The notes beneath the pieces are model-generated. The model did no database searches and was not told the DNA's origin. It worked only from the letters and a program-made list of their open reading frames with translations. A stretch of 64,000 nucleotides of DNA from Takakia lepidozioides. Lineage: Eukaryota > Plantae > Bryophyta. The stretch spans positions 79,608,001 to 79,672,000 of the forward strand of contig CM060732.1 in the NCBI GenBank assembly GCA_030704615.1. The letters are read 5' to 3'. Position 1 is the stretch's first letter; each line of letters starts with the position of its first letter. Made by a program: the position numbers and the translations under genes. Positions 33,641 to 48,000 of the stretch are shown here, in pieces.

Positions 33641-36600
33641 CTACGAGGGCGCACCCAAGTATGAGGCCAGCCGCAAAAGGTCGCTGAACACCCCACCTGC
33701 TGTGACATCTGCACCAGCACCAGGGCCCCTTATGATAAGGGGTTGCCTTGAGTATCTTGCCGTGGTGAAAGCGATGATGTTATCATTACCTGAGAGCAGT
33801 GCAAATGCATGTGATTTTGGGTATCTGTGGAGCTCCACTCTCCCCTGGTTTGCCAGAACATCCACAACCCCAACGTACCGCAACACCTGCAACATATATG
33901 AATGCCCTCAATACCATAACCTACAAAGCCTCCACTCCACTATGAACCCATTCAAGAGACCTATATGGTGAATAGCTGATGAACCCTAGTTCCATCTACG
34001 GTGTTATGAATCAATGAAGGTACCACTTAAGGAAGACAATTGAAGCAGACGAACATCCGACACTGACACCCAACACCTAACTCATGCATTGCAATCAGAA
34101 AAAGAACCAGTCATGCCATAAGAAAGGATATGAAGAAGCACTGCCTTCCTACCTCGCCTGCAGCTTCTGCTTCTTTTCTCTGAGACTCAAACTCCGGGTC
34201 ATACTCAGGGAGCTTCTGTAGGAACTCATCTGCTGAGCTTATGCCCTACAGTTCGATCACAGTGTGAATCGTTAAGGTCTGCCAGAATCTCTATGTTATG
34301 TAAGAAGCTGTCATTTAAGACTCCATCATATTTCCCATCAATTATACCAAAGAAAAGGTGGGAAGAGGAACAGATGGGGACGACAAATAGAGAAAGAAAC
34401 ATTATAACATATTAGGAAATGAAATGAAATGAAATGGTACTTTATTACATAGTAGGAAGAAAGAGACATTTGGAGCAAAAAAGAGGTGGTTAAAAGGGCA
34501 GGGGGGGAGAGAAAGGGTGGCAGGCAAGAGGAGGAATGGAAGAAAACAAGTGGGATTACCCTCAAAGGTTCTGGAACCAAGCTTCGCACTGGGATGTCAC
34601 TGAGCTCCAACCGCAAACCACATTCCCGTGCAAGAATGATCACCTGAGAAAATGGGAGAGTGACAACAAGTACCACATGAGTTGCAATGTCCCATCACAT
34701 ACAGATGGAAAACCACACAAACAAAGTGTAGACAACATAAGTGTACAAATCATCCCACAACCTGTGGATATATGTAGCACCTTGTCCTAGAATGAACCGA
34801 CCTTGCGAGCAACGTCCATGCCAAAAAGGTCATCTCTGGGGTCGGGCTCTGTGTATCCATGTGCCTTGGCCTCCGCTACAATCTGACTGAAAGTTGCATT
34901 CCCGCTGAAACTGTTGAAAATATAGCTCAGTGTTCCACTGCATCATCACAAGGCATACCATGAATCTTAAGACGAAAACAAACTTTTAAAGTTTTCCATT
35001 GGTAGAAGAGAAGATCGCTGAAGAAATTACGTTCTACAACAATTCTTGTGGCCATGGGTTGCAGCACACGCCTTTTGACCATGTTCGGGTTCTGTTGGAA
35101 AGAGGGCTCTCTTTCACAAGTCCAAAGAGGTAATGGCACTGATCAACCTTTCCCTGGAGGTACCTACACGAGAAGGGCCTATGATTCTGTCATTAACCTG
35201 TTTCTTGTTAGAGTAGGAAGAAAATTCAGGAAACAGACTAAAACGACTGATCAGACTTGACAATCATGTACCTGAAAACACCCTCAATCCTTCTGATCTT
35301 GTCACCAGTTTCAAGGAGGCCTCGCAGAGTGCTGATGATTGGGAGCCCTGCCCCAACAGTAGCTTCATAGAAATAATGCGTGTATGATTCCCGCTGCAGC
35401 TCTCTTAGACGAACATACTAAAACACCCAATTCACATGGAGGATTGGGTTAACTCAGGCTGCCACAATCGGAGAAATAGCTTCATAGAAATAATGTGTGT
35501 ATGATTCCCGCTGCAGCTCTCTTAGACGAACATACTAAAACACCCAATTCACATGGAGGATTGGGTTAACTCAGGCTGCCACAATCGGAGAAAATGCGGA
35601 ACAGTGGCATCTACATTTGTATTTGGAACTACATTTCAGAGGAATTTAGTCTTAAGCCACTGGGTGCAGGAAAAGGCTGGCAGAAGCAAGAAGAGAATAT
35701 TATATACTTTCAAGATTGAAGTCTTCAAAATGGCAATCACTTTCTAGAAGTGCCATGGTTCTTCTTGAGTTGACGTGTCCTCTAGACATGGTTAGGCTCC
35801 AGTTCGATCCACTTATATGTAACTGACACAACATTGTTGAAATTGTAGTACTACGCAACTCTTATACAACCGCTGGGCAGAGAGCAGGATGAGAATGGAC
35901 AGAAGGGGGGTGAAAGAGAAGAAAGAACACCAAGGGAGGGCATTCACCTGGTCAAGAGAGCCTGAATTTGCTTTCTTGTTGGGAGTGATGATATGAATGC
36001 CTCTTTTAAGCCACTGAAAGTACTTTGCAGCCACAGCAGTGCTGGCTGTGCAGTCTATGATCAAGGTGTTGGGTATAGAGTGGTTGTCCTTCACATATGC
36101 TGCAAACTTATCCAAATCTGCCGCTTCACTGTTCTCTGCCAGCAGATCTCTCCATTTTGACAAATCTAGACCCCTGCCACACCAAACAGGTCTTCATTCG
36201 AATCATGTAAATAGAATGGAGTTAGCAGCCAGACTGCCGCACTGCATGGTATTACGTGATGTTCTGTTTTGCTTTTGTAAGGGTTCTAACATGTGGTGCT
36301 GCACTGGTTAAGACAAATAACAGGAAAGATGAGGGGCCCACCTCTACTTGTTCAACCGAGCCGTGTGCAATAGAGTGTACTTACGATTCGTCAAGGACCA
36401 TGGTCTTGCTGCCAATTATGCCAATTACTCTCAAGTCGACTTTGGAAACTGCCTTCAGAGTTGTCCCCTAAAATCATACCAAAGTGAACACCCGTTGACA
36501 CAGCAGGAAATATACATCAATAAAACTACCACTTAACAAGGTCAAGGGTTGCAGTTCAAGTAGGATGGTCTGACAGATTATGGAAAGAACCTTTTCAATA

Positions 36601-39600
36601 TCTGCAGATAGATAGAAAAAAGGAAGAAAGGGAAAAAGAAAGCAGAGAGGAACAACAATTTTATTACGTCTGCAGGAGGCCTACAGAGAAATGGTACTTT
36701 ATAACGTCCGCAGAAGCGATTGTCTAAGAGTCAACACCTTATGCAGGTACACTGCCAAGTATTTCTGATCCTCGTATTGGATCGTCCACAGTTTGTTCTA
36801 ATAAATAGAACTTCACATAAAGAAGAGAGCAAAGTTATTGTACCTCCACAAAATGGAAAAGGCAGTGAGCTAGAAATTGACAGATGATTTTCTTCTGGCA
36901 TGCCCAGGGATACAACATTCACAAATAATACCTGGTCCCTAAACTGATCCAAGAGGGTACTGCCAATAGCCCCATGACCAACAATGCCAACAGCCAGGGT
37001 TGCCTTGGAGAGATAGAAGCGCGAATGTACAGCCTTGAGAGCCTTGATGGAGTCTTCCTGGTTCACCACTATCGTGATGTTGTATTCTGAACAACCCTGA
37101 GCTATTGCCCTCACATTTATGTTGGCCTGACACCATACATGAAACAAACTTGGTATTGGTCACTGTGGCGCAGAGTCTCATTGATGAGCAGGTCTATCTA
37201 CTCAATTTCTGCATCACCTTGTCGAGTAGGAATTTGAGTACTGAGACCTAAACTGTCTAGGCAAATGCAAAAGATAGGGGCAACTGCCAATACATCTGCA
37301 TGTATTTTCCAAGCCCCATAGAAGAATGCGAAAGTCGGAAGTACCTTGGCAAGTGCAGTGAAGAGGCTGGCACTGACACCCGGTGTACTAGCCATCCGTT
37401 GCCCAACAGCTGCTAATATGCTGCAGTTGCGTACCACCTCCACCTACATAGCCACCAAAACAATTTGCTTACGATGACCCTCCACATGCCATCTTTCTCT
37501 CTGTCTCGCAATCTCAGCACATGTAGATCTCAGCCCCTTTTCTGATCTTTGCCCTGCCTGGCCTCTGGACTGTGTCCAAATGGTGTGCCCTCCATGTCAT
37601 GAGTAATGGTAAGCATGCAGGCACTAAGCAGTCTCACATTGCTTAGTTCTAGAGCATGATCTCTCACTCAAGATTTGAGCCATAGGGCATAGTACCCGTG
37701 AAAGCCGCCCGGCATCCAACGCCCTTCTAAATTTGCTCTCCAGAGCTTTCGCCACAATGGTAACTTCTTTCTCAGGAACTGCAAAGCAGACTGAGTGCTC
37801 ACTACTGGCCTGCATCCAACTCAAATTGAAATGTGCTTAACATAAGGACATCGGTTGGAGAAGCAAACGTCGGTATGTGTAAGCCTGCAAAATCATCAAC
37901 TGTGAGTTCTACATTTGCAGGTTAACTTTGGACATTAGTGACTTTGAGAAGGGCCTCAATCCACACAACTGACACAAACTGAACCAGCTTATAACCTGAA
38001 CCTTCATATCCAAAGAGTAACAGTTTTCATAGGCTTCGTACACTACTGCAAAGTAGGAATACTCTACATTAAACTCATGCAGACTCCAGGCAACAGTCTC
38101 CCAACAAGAATAGACGATGCTATAGCTCAGCTCTGAACCCTTTTGAGGCTAAGAATATTTCCTGAGATTGAAGACTCATCTTCAAATGATGAAATGCAAT
38201 CATTTGGACCTCAATCATTGTATATTTATGTAGAACAGTCTTTCAATTATCTAACACCTGACTCAAATTGTAACCAAGGATCTTACTTAGAACTCCAGAC
38301 AAACATATATGCCAAGGAAAATCCCAATGGGGAAAATAATATTCACATTGCCCTTCACGGGAAAGTGATCAGAATTATGGTTGACGTCCGAAGGTTGCCT
38401 GCAACCCAGACCAGGAAGCTTGAGCCCTCGGGGGTAAAGAGTGTGACAAATCAAACCACAAAATACCTGTGAGATCATAACTACATTGGCACCCACATCT
38501 TTAACTGCTTCAAAGATATCACTGGCTGTTCCTGGAACCCCTGCCATGCCTGTCCTGCCCCATTGTAGAATCCAACACAACCCCTCACAATGTTATGGGA
38601 GCACCTCATTTGTAGGTTTGGGAAACTGCTTATTGGATGGCAACCTATACTACATAAGTGCAGAAGTGGGAAAACTATGGCAATGCTTGCTGGTGGGGGT
38701 TCACCTCTTACATTAAAACTGCATTTTCAAACAAATAAAAATGAGTAGCCCCTGAATCTATCCTATGCACTGGAGAAAGGGAAGGACATCAAGAGAGCGT
38801 ACATTCACAAAGACTGAAGAATTAACAGAGGTGAGATAACAAACCCTTCGACATTCACAAGGGCAATATTGTCAATGGTGGCGAACCCTTTGACCACTGA
38901 ATCCGCTCCCTTGCAAGAGACTGGTTGGGCATCGCCTGGTCCTGGAAAAGGGGATCTCCCAATCTTGGTCCCGGGAGCTGCAACATTGAAAACATTGCGG
39001 ATGGTGACCGGAATATTGTACTTCATCACAGGGATTGTTGTTCGTGGATGCAGCACATTTGCGCCAAAGTAGGACTGCCCCGATTCAGGCAACAACAAGT
39101 ATATCAGTCTACAGGTTTAATCTGGTGAAAAACAATCCTCTGCTTTATGCGAGAAATCCTTATCATATTGTATTAATCTTTTCATGTTTTGCATCTTTTG
39201 CATGCAAACGAAACAGTCGCATGTGTGCAGCTGTCTGTGAGAGAAAATATAGAAAGAAAGAAATGTACATGTACATGGGAGGCCCAAGAGAGAGCCTGAG
39301 AGAGCTAACCTGCTCCTGGCAAAGAAGATGGACAACAAATTGATACAACTCAGGGTTCGACCCTTGCTCAAGAATCCCTCCCTTACATATCCTTCCACTT
39401 CCAAAAAACTCTTACATATGATAATGAGATCTTACAGCTGAAACCAATAACCAGAAAGAGAAAAGTGACCAGCCAAAAGAAAATTACCATCTCCCAGGCC
39501 TCTTGGTATGAGAGGGTGCTCAGCACAACTGCTTCACTAACTGCCCCACCAATCAAGACAGACATTTTCATTATAGACGTCCAAGATTTGCGTCAATTTA

Positions 39601-42600
39601 CATTACATATCTAGACAACAAGACATACTTTCGAGGCTTCTCTGTCTTGGCAATTGTGTTTCTAATGGGATATACTTCCACAATCCAATTTGGTCTCATG
39701 GGCAATCCCAGACACAATATTACAAGAGATCTCCACAGGCTGAGCTAGCCACAAACAGCCCTGCAGGAGCAATGAAACAGTGTGTAGCTGTGTTTACTCT
39801 ATTTACACTTACAAAGGTCATGGAAGATTGAAATGTTCCTTGACAAAGGACTTTGACCCTCAGGAAATGCCATTCTTACTCATAAAGCTCATCCATAAAA
39901 CCAGTCTCACAGCCTCAGTGCCTAAAAATCAGCAAATACCTTGCTCGGGTTTTAAGCATATGGAAATTCTATTTCAGGACTTCATCTTGAGGATTTGGTC
40001 GGGTGGAGGAAGTCCAATATTTCCTGCAGACTAAGGCAGTAGCTGCCAAGATGAGGTCTCTATTGAATGTTCTTTTGCAAATAGCACAAACCAAAAGTTA
40101 TTGACCAAAACAGTCACCTGCCAAGGTATGCAGAAGACACCAGGATAATGAACCTGCTAATATCATCAATTCTCTCACAGCCGTGGCCAGATTAACAACA
40201 AAAAAGCTAAGCAAAAAATACTATCTCCCTTCCCCACATATACAGAATACGGGTCTATGCCACAGTACCTTTCCTTGGGTCAGCACTGAACACGCCATCA
40301 ACATCAGTCCAGATGGTGACCTTGCTAGCTTGGAAGAGGGCCCCCATGATGGCTGCTGAGAAGTCACTGCCATCGCGCTTCAATGTTGTGGGAATGTTGT
40401 CAGCAGTGCTTGCAATGAAACCGGTGGCGATAATTGTATCAGCAGGGAAGCGTGTGTACCACTGATCAAGTCTCTCTCCTGAGGCTTCTAAGTCAGGGTC
40501 TACTTGCTGTTTACTGGTTGGATTCACCACCAATACCTCTCTAGCATCCATCCAAACACACGGCAGGCCCCTCTGCAATGACACTGCATGCCCTAGTAAG
40601 CACTATGCTCTTCGTTTGTTGTCCTGTAAACACACGACCTGCTGCCTTGTACTTTGCAGGTACAATACGTTGTTGATAGATGCCAGATGAATTCGTACTC
40701 ACATGCATCCCTATGTATGGTATACACATTAGGTGGTCTTCTGTGGAGAAAATGGAGGATTTCGCATCATACTTTGAGTCACTATATGGAATACCTTGCC
40801 ATGTTTGAGGAGCTTCTAGTGAAACATGAGGTCCAAATCCATGGAATCTGTACCTTCCTAACAGCAGCAGCAAGCATCTGTGCTGACCAGAGTTCACCAT
40901 GCCCAGCCACAAAGTCTGCAAATGGCTCAGTGGCATGCCCAGCTGCATCAGAGAACAACAGAAAAGATTAAAAAACCCAGAGAGTAACAGTCCTAGCACC
41001 AGCCTAGAACCTCTCCCAAAAAATTACGAAGTAATGTCCTTGACAAATCTGAGTAACCCAAATTGTACTTGAATACACACCAATGGAAATGGCGCGAAGC
41101 ATTGCCCGAAGATTTTGCACGTCCTCTTCCAAGGTAGCCAAAAATTTGGACAGATCTTCACCTTCCTCCAGAAGAGCAATCGCAGTGTCCCTATGCTTCT
41201 CAAAGACATTATCCAAGGCAGCAAGATAGGAACCATCACGGAATTGCGCTCTTTCCAACAAATCATACATCATGTCTGTCACCTTGGACATAGCAGACAC
41301 GACCACTACCTTGCGGGCTGAAGGATCATCCACAATGATCTTGGCTACATTTTTTATCCTTTCACAGGAGCCGACGCAAGTTCCACCAAATTTATGCACT
41401 GACCATGTCTCCCCACGAGGTAAAATTTGCCTCTTGTTTTTCTCCTGTGTGACCACATCCACATCCACATCTGCAATGCAAGGGTTCTCAATGTCAGAAG
41501 TCGTGAGAAAACTTGGCACTGGGTGTTTAAGCAAAGATTATGAAGGTTGGAGTCCACATTTTCAAGTACCTTAAGCTACATGACACATACATGCATCTGA
41601 AAGTAGATCACACTTGTAGTTGAAACGAGATATTTAAACATGAGGATATAGATAAAGTGCCAGGCTGCAAGGCAAGAAGAAAAATGCTATCCTATTTCAA
41701 AGTACGATACATGTTTAGGAACATAGGATAGACCTGTAAGAGCTGCCTGAATACCCATCCTGCGGCTTCTATTGATTCCATCAACCGTGGGTCTGTAAAC
41801 ATAGAACTCAGAAAGTTACAAGTGCACTCACAGCTGTGATCAGTTAGGCTGCTTAACATCAGCTGTAAATGATAAGACGAAACCTGGCAAGACAAGTCAA
41901 CTCAGGTTTGAACATGAAATAACTGATTGATTCTGGCAAAAGGATAAACCCTGAAGGAGGGTTTTTGTTGATCCTTCTCCTTGAGCGATTTCATGCAGTG
42001 CAAGAACCAGAACATTCTGCAGTATGCAGTCAAGAAACTGGCAGGGGAGGATGCATTCTTGTCATTCCCATACTTTTCCATCATAAATCCCCAGAAGCAG
42101 AGTTCAGTGGGATGTAGGAAAGGCAGAGAACTTACTCTTTCAATGAACATCAAAACTTGGTGGGGAACAAAAAGATCAGGGCCGACAAGTGTGGGATCCA
42201 GTTAGTTTAAAGCATCCACGTTTGGGCATTTGCACCCACCCACAGGCATTGCCCAAATAATCGCTGAATAACTCACATGGTCAAACCTGTGAAAGACTAC
42301 AGTCCAGCTCCTAAATCTCCCATCATACTTGACAGCCCAGCAAAATCACAGTCTATGATTATTTGGCTCGGTGTTTCCATGGATGCGTTCAGAGAATCAC
42401 AGCGTTTTTAGTGGCTGAGTTCAACAGTGTCGCTTTATATGACCAGTAATTTGAGCAATGGCTGCCAGGCTCCCCGCCCTACAAACTGTCAAGGGTCCCC
42501 TTCCATACTTTCACGAATACCGCCACAATCTTTACTTCTGCGGAATTTCCCCAAAGCAGCTGCCATACCCCTCCACAATCCATATTTCTTCTCAATAAAC

Positions 42601-42933
42601 ATTCCCCTCCCTCCCCGTGACTGTTGCTACAAAACTCTGTATGTCCCCGGATAAATATCCACACATTAGAAGGCTCTATATCTCTCTGGCCCCTCTACCA
42701 CTTATCTCTTGACTGCAGAAAATGCATGAAGCTTACTCAGGCAACTGAAGACGAAACGAGATTCCACGGAGACCACTGCAGGACCTCAAAGCAAGGCGAG
42801 CCGTGGAAACCGTCGGCATCTGGGAGAAACATGTCCACCGCCCAACGCATACTTGCACGAGATGTGGTGATGCATTTGAGACAATGGCAGGGGACGGCAT
42901 CATGGGAGTGACAGGGGACAGAGATAGCACCAT
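33641..42933 (-). CDS. AK-HSDH: Plastid bifunctional aspartate kinase-homoserine dehydrogenase, multi-exon
   Basis: Transit-peptide exons 42933-42737 and 41792-41734. AK: WSVHKFGGT, VVSAM, GELWSA, TTLKRDGSDFSA, WTDVDGV, SYFGANVLHP. Two ACT domains: GMAGVPG, QASSEHS, QGCSEYNIT. HSDH: GHGAIG, TPNKK, YEATVGAGLP, EPDPRDDL, GPGAGADVTAGGVFSD..LGAPS*. Confidence 0.93.
35360..35593. repeat. Near-perfect 117-bp tandem duplication spanning an AK-HSDH splice acceptor
   Basis: 35360-35476 and 35477-35593 differ at one visible position (AATGCGTG vs AATGTGTG). Confidence 0.9.
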
Positions 42934-43196
42934 GATTGTCTCCACTTCCCCCCCTCACAACCCAAATGTTGCACAATTTTACCACGCAAGACTCGAGATT
43001 CCCCTTGCAGTCGCATACATGGCACTGGGCCACATCGATAGCCTACAAGCATGCTTTCCGTCAACTTCTGAGACGAAGACGATGAATTGAAACGAACCAA
43101 ACCCGGACCTAACCCCAGCCTGCCTTTCGCCCCGTCACGACCCTGTGACGTGGGCAGAAGCACCTGACATACCATTACTTTGCTGGGTTTTCCAGT

Positions 43197-43457
43197 TTGT
43201 GAGACCAGACAGTTTCGTGCTTTCATACTCAATGCTGTGTCTTCGATGAGGTTTAGCATGCAGAAAGTTTCCTGCCTTCATACCAACGCTGGGTCCTAGA
43301 CGAGGTTGGGAATTCTGTAAGCCCAGACAGTTTCTTGCTTTCATATTCAATGCTCGGTCTTTGATGAGGTTTGGCGTTCTGTAAGGGCAGGCAGTTCTCT
43401 TGCTTTCATATGCAATCATGGGTCTTAGATGAGGTTTTGCAGTCTGTAAGACCAGGC
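43197..43457. repeat. Diverged minisatellite, about four units of 55-64 bp
   Basis: Unit CTGTAAG.CCAG.CAGTTTC.TGCTTTCATA..CAATGCT.GGTCTT.GATGAGGTTT recurs. Confidence 0.75.
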
Positions 43458-45067
43458 TTCCTCCTAGTGCACCATTCTCCTGCCTCTAAGATACTAAGGT
43501 TTTGTTGGAGAAAGTATACTCGGTAAAGCTTGTTCGCGAGGGGGAATGAACTTTGGTGAGCCTGATGGGACTTTAGATTTCTGCTGTAAACAGTTAAGAG
43601 TTAGTTCACAAGAGGGCTTATGTATTGTGGAACACTCATTCATTGGGGATCCTGGCCTAAAGGGCTCCCCGAAAATTCCATCGAGGCCGGGAGGCCGAGG
43701 TGGAGTATGACGGGAGTCCGACGGGTGGACGACTGGTTCCCATCCGTAATCCACATTCTTAGTCATTCTTGGAAAATCCACTTGGGTATGCCGCCCAGGA
43801 ATCCCCGACTGGATAACAAAGTAATCTACAGCTGAAATGGACCACGTTGGAGGAAAAAGTATGCAGTCCCACACTTCTGGCCTCACCATATCATGGGAGT
43901 ATCCAGGCAATGGATTCCACCAGGTGAGCTGCTCATTATCACTAAAAGTACCAGCTTGTCAAACTGCATCTTCATCGAAATAGAAGGACAGAGAGTGATA
44001 AGCCTTCGCATATGAGCACAGATAAGGCAAGCCTGACAGCCTGTTTAGCTGATAGTTGAACAGAAGTAAATTTCAGTCTATGAATACGAGATTGTTTTGT
44101 GATGTTCTATATCTGCAGCTTATGCATCACATGAGAGCCTCTTAGAACTACAACTTGCTCTCAATTAAGCAATGTTTCAGAAGATTACCAAAAAGCTAAT
44201 TGCCATGGCACAAGTCTGAGAACAGTCTAGTCTGAGAACAGTCTGGAAAGATATCAGACTGCAGTTTTGATCCTCGTGTGCTCTCTGAAACTCGAAGTTG
44301 AAAGTGAGTATGAGTCACGGTGAGCCCGTTTAGAGGGACAGCTGCCTTGTTATGCACAGCTGTAAGTTTGGACATATTCCTGTAGTGCTACATACTCTTC
44401 TTGGAAGAGAGACAAAGGTGCTGGAAGTGGAGGTGTTGTAAATGAAAGATCTACATTCAACGAATTATCTGCAACTTAACTACAGAGAGGAAGCAAAATA
44501 CACCAGAAGTCTTAACCTCACTATTTCTAATTGTAGTTCTTGGAGAGGAGGTTTTTCAATGGTTTCTGGGTTCAAAAATATTCTAGGAGCTTTAGTGGTT
44601 TTGGCCAGGTCTGTGTGAGGCCGTGTTTGGAGCTATGTTGCTCTACTACTCACCTATGGTTTTCACAGAAATGTCCAAGATCACCAGACTTCAACCATAA
44701 TAACAACAGAAAGGAGGCCCTTTGGATTCGGAGTTGGTCAAACCCTCCTTGGGTGAAAGCAGAGCTAGTTGCCCTGACAGAAGGACGAGCACAGTCTTCC
44801 CATCTCAATATACGGCATGGATCTTCAGGTCAAGAATCAAATGGGTAATTATTTTGACAATGATTCAACGGCACTAAGTCCAATAGAAAGAACGAGTGCA
44901 GTTTATTCCCATAATAGACCACCTCCATGGTTTTACAGATCTGATGATATGCAAGCGAGAAAATTGTTCTCATGAAAAATTTGCTTAGGGAGTATCCTGG
45001 GGCTTTGAGATCAAATGGGTGAGATTGAGTGTAAGGATTTGTAAGTAAGAGTTTTGAGTCATGCAGG

Positions 45068-48000
45068 ATGGCAAGGTTGAATCAGGCACACTCTCTTGCT
45101 GAACATCAGACCGGGCACAAAGGTAGCACCAGCACCAGCACCACTACTTTGGAAAGAGGAGCAAGAGAGGGACTGAACAAGAGTTCTTTTGAAACTTGTA
45201 GGAATGTGAGGGCACTATGTAAGGCAGGACGAGTAAGAGAGGCGCTACAAATTTTGAACCGACGTGGCACTCTAGCAGATTCAAATACCTATGTCTGTCT
45301 CTTGCAGGAGTGCATTAAAGCGAAAGACCTGGAAGAGGGAAAGCAGGTGCATGCACACATCATATATAGTGGATTTGAGCCAAACCTCTTTCTCCTCAAC
45401 ACACTTATCAACATGTATGCCAAGTGTGGGAGTGTTGTGGATGCCCACCAAGTGTTTGATGGAATGCCCGAACGAGATATGTTTACATGGAACATAATGA
45501 TAACAGGATATGCCAAGCATGGGCGTGGTAGGGAGGCTTTCAAGATCTATGAGCGAATGCAACAAGAAGGGGTGACACCCAGCAGGGTCACATTCATTGG
45601 TGTTGTCAATGCATGTGCCTGCCTAGGACTCTTGGAGAAGGGCAAACAAGTCCATGCTGAAATCATCGAAGCTGGAATTGTGCCAGATCTGATTCTGGAG
45701 ACTGCCCTTGCTGACATGTATGCCAAATGTGGGAGCCTGACGGATGCGTGTCGTGTGTTTGACAATATGGCTCAACGAAATGTGGTCTCATGGAACACCA
45801 TGATCTTAGGATATGCTCGGCATGGGTGTGGTAGGGAGGCTTTCAAAACCTATGACCAAATGCAACAGGAAGGGGTAAGGCCCAACAAAGTCACATTTAT
45901 TTGCATTCTGAATGCGTGTACTAACCTAAGGGTCCTAAAAAAGGGGAAAGAGGTCCATGCTGATATCATCAAAGAGGAAATTGCGCCAGATATCATTCTT
46001 GAGACTGCCCTAGCTGACATGTATGCCAAATGTGGGAGCCTGAAGGATGCACGTCAGGTGTTTGACAAAATGGCTCAACGAAATGTGGTCTCATGGAATA
46101 CAATGATTGCAGGATATGCAAAGCATGGCTGTGGTAGGGAGGCTTTCGAGATCTACGAGCAAATGATAGGGAAAGGTGTGACACCCGACAAGGTCACGTT
46201 CATTTGTATACTGAGTGCATGTGCCAGCCTACGAGCCCTGGAAAAGGGCAAAGAGGTCCATGCTGACATCATCAAAGCTGGCATTGCGCCAGATGTCATT
46301 CTGGAGAATACCCTTGCGGACATGTATGCCAAATGTGGGAGTGTTAAAGATGCACATCAAGTGTTTGACAGTATGGCTGAACGGAATGTGGTCTCCTGGA
46401 ATTCAATGATTGCAGGATATGCTGAGCATGGGAGTGGTACAGAGGCTTTGGAGATCTATGAGCAAATGAAACGGGAAGGGGTGACACCTGACAGGGTCAC
46501 ATTCACTTGTGCTCTCAATGTGTGTACTAGCTTAGGAGCCCTGGAAAAGGGTACAGTGGTACATGCTGACATCATCAAAGCTGGCATTGTGGCAGATATC
46601 ATTCTGGAGACTGCCCTTGCTGACATGTATGCCAAGTGTGGGAGCATAAATGATGCACGCCAAGTGTTTGACAATATGGCTAGACATGACGTAGTCTCAT
46701 GGAGTGCAATGATTGCAGGATATGCTGAGCATGGGTGTGGTAGAGAGGCATTCGAGATCTACAAGCAAATGATATGGAATGGGGGAACGCCAGATAAGGT
46801 CACATTCATTTCCGTTCTCAATGCGTGCGCCAGCCTGGGAGCCCTCGAAAAGGGTAGAGAGGTCCATGCTGACATGAGGAGGAGTGGGATTGCACCAGAT
46901 ATCATTCTGGAGACTGCCCTTCTGAACATGTATGCCAAATGTGGGAGCATGAAGGATGCCCATCAAGTGTTTGACACTATGTCTAATCGAGATGTGGTTT
47001 CATGGACTGTGATGATCGCAGGATATGCACAACATGGGTGTGGTTGGGATGCTTTCGATATCTACGAGAAAATGCAACAGCAAGGGGTGACACCCAACAG
47101 GGTCACATACATTTGCATTCTGACTGCATGTGCTAGCCTGGCAGCCTTGGACAAGGGCAAAGATGTTCATGCTCACATCAGCAGTAGTGAAATCGCTCCA
47201 GATATCGTCCTGGAGAATACCCTTGTTGACATGTATGCCAAATGTGGGAGCATAAAGGATGCACACAAAGTGTTTGACAAAATGTCTAAGCGAGATGTGA
47301 TATCATGGAATGTGATGATCACAGGATATGGTCAACATGGCTTCGGCAGGGAGGCCCTCAAACTATTTGAACAAATGCAGAAGGAAGGCTTGAAGCCAGA
47401 CAGTATCACTTTCACATCTCTTCTTTCTGCATGTAGCCATGTGGGTTTAGTGGATGAAGGCTGTCATTATTTTGATTCAATCAGTCAAGATCATGGGCTT
47501 ACTCCCACAATGGAGCATTTTGGCTGCATTGTGGACCTTCTTGGCCGCTCAGGCCAACTGCATGAGGCGGAGGACTTTGTTAACAAAATGCCAATCGAAC
47601 CAGGTGCTTCAGTATGGAGGGCCTTGCTTGCTGCCTGTCGAATTCACGGAGATGTAGATCTTGCAGAATGTGCGGCCAAGTGCCTTCTCAAGTGGGATCC
47701 ACAGCATGCAGCAACTTATGTGCTGCTCTCAAACATCTATGCTGCAGCTGGCAGGTGGGATGATAGAGCAAAGGTGAGGAAAATGATGGAGGACACAGGC
47801 GCGAAAAAGGAACCAGGGCGCAGCTGCATTGAGGTGGACAAGCAGGTGCATACATTCGTTGTAGAAGACAAATTGCATCCAAAAATTGACGAAATTCATG
47901 CTGAGCTCAAGAGATTGTATGGGCCTATGAAGGAAGCCGGGTATGTGCCTGACACGTGCTTTGTGTTGCATGACGTGGAGGAGGAGCAGAAGGAAACTTC

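Noticed and set aside
43197-43457. CRISPR-like array
   Set aside because: Units are diverged tandem repeats without unique spacers; eukaryotic context and no cas genes.
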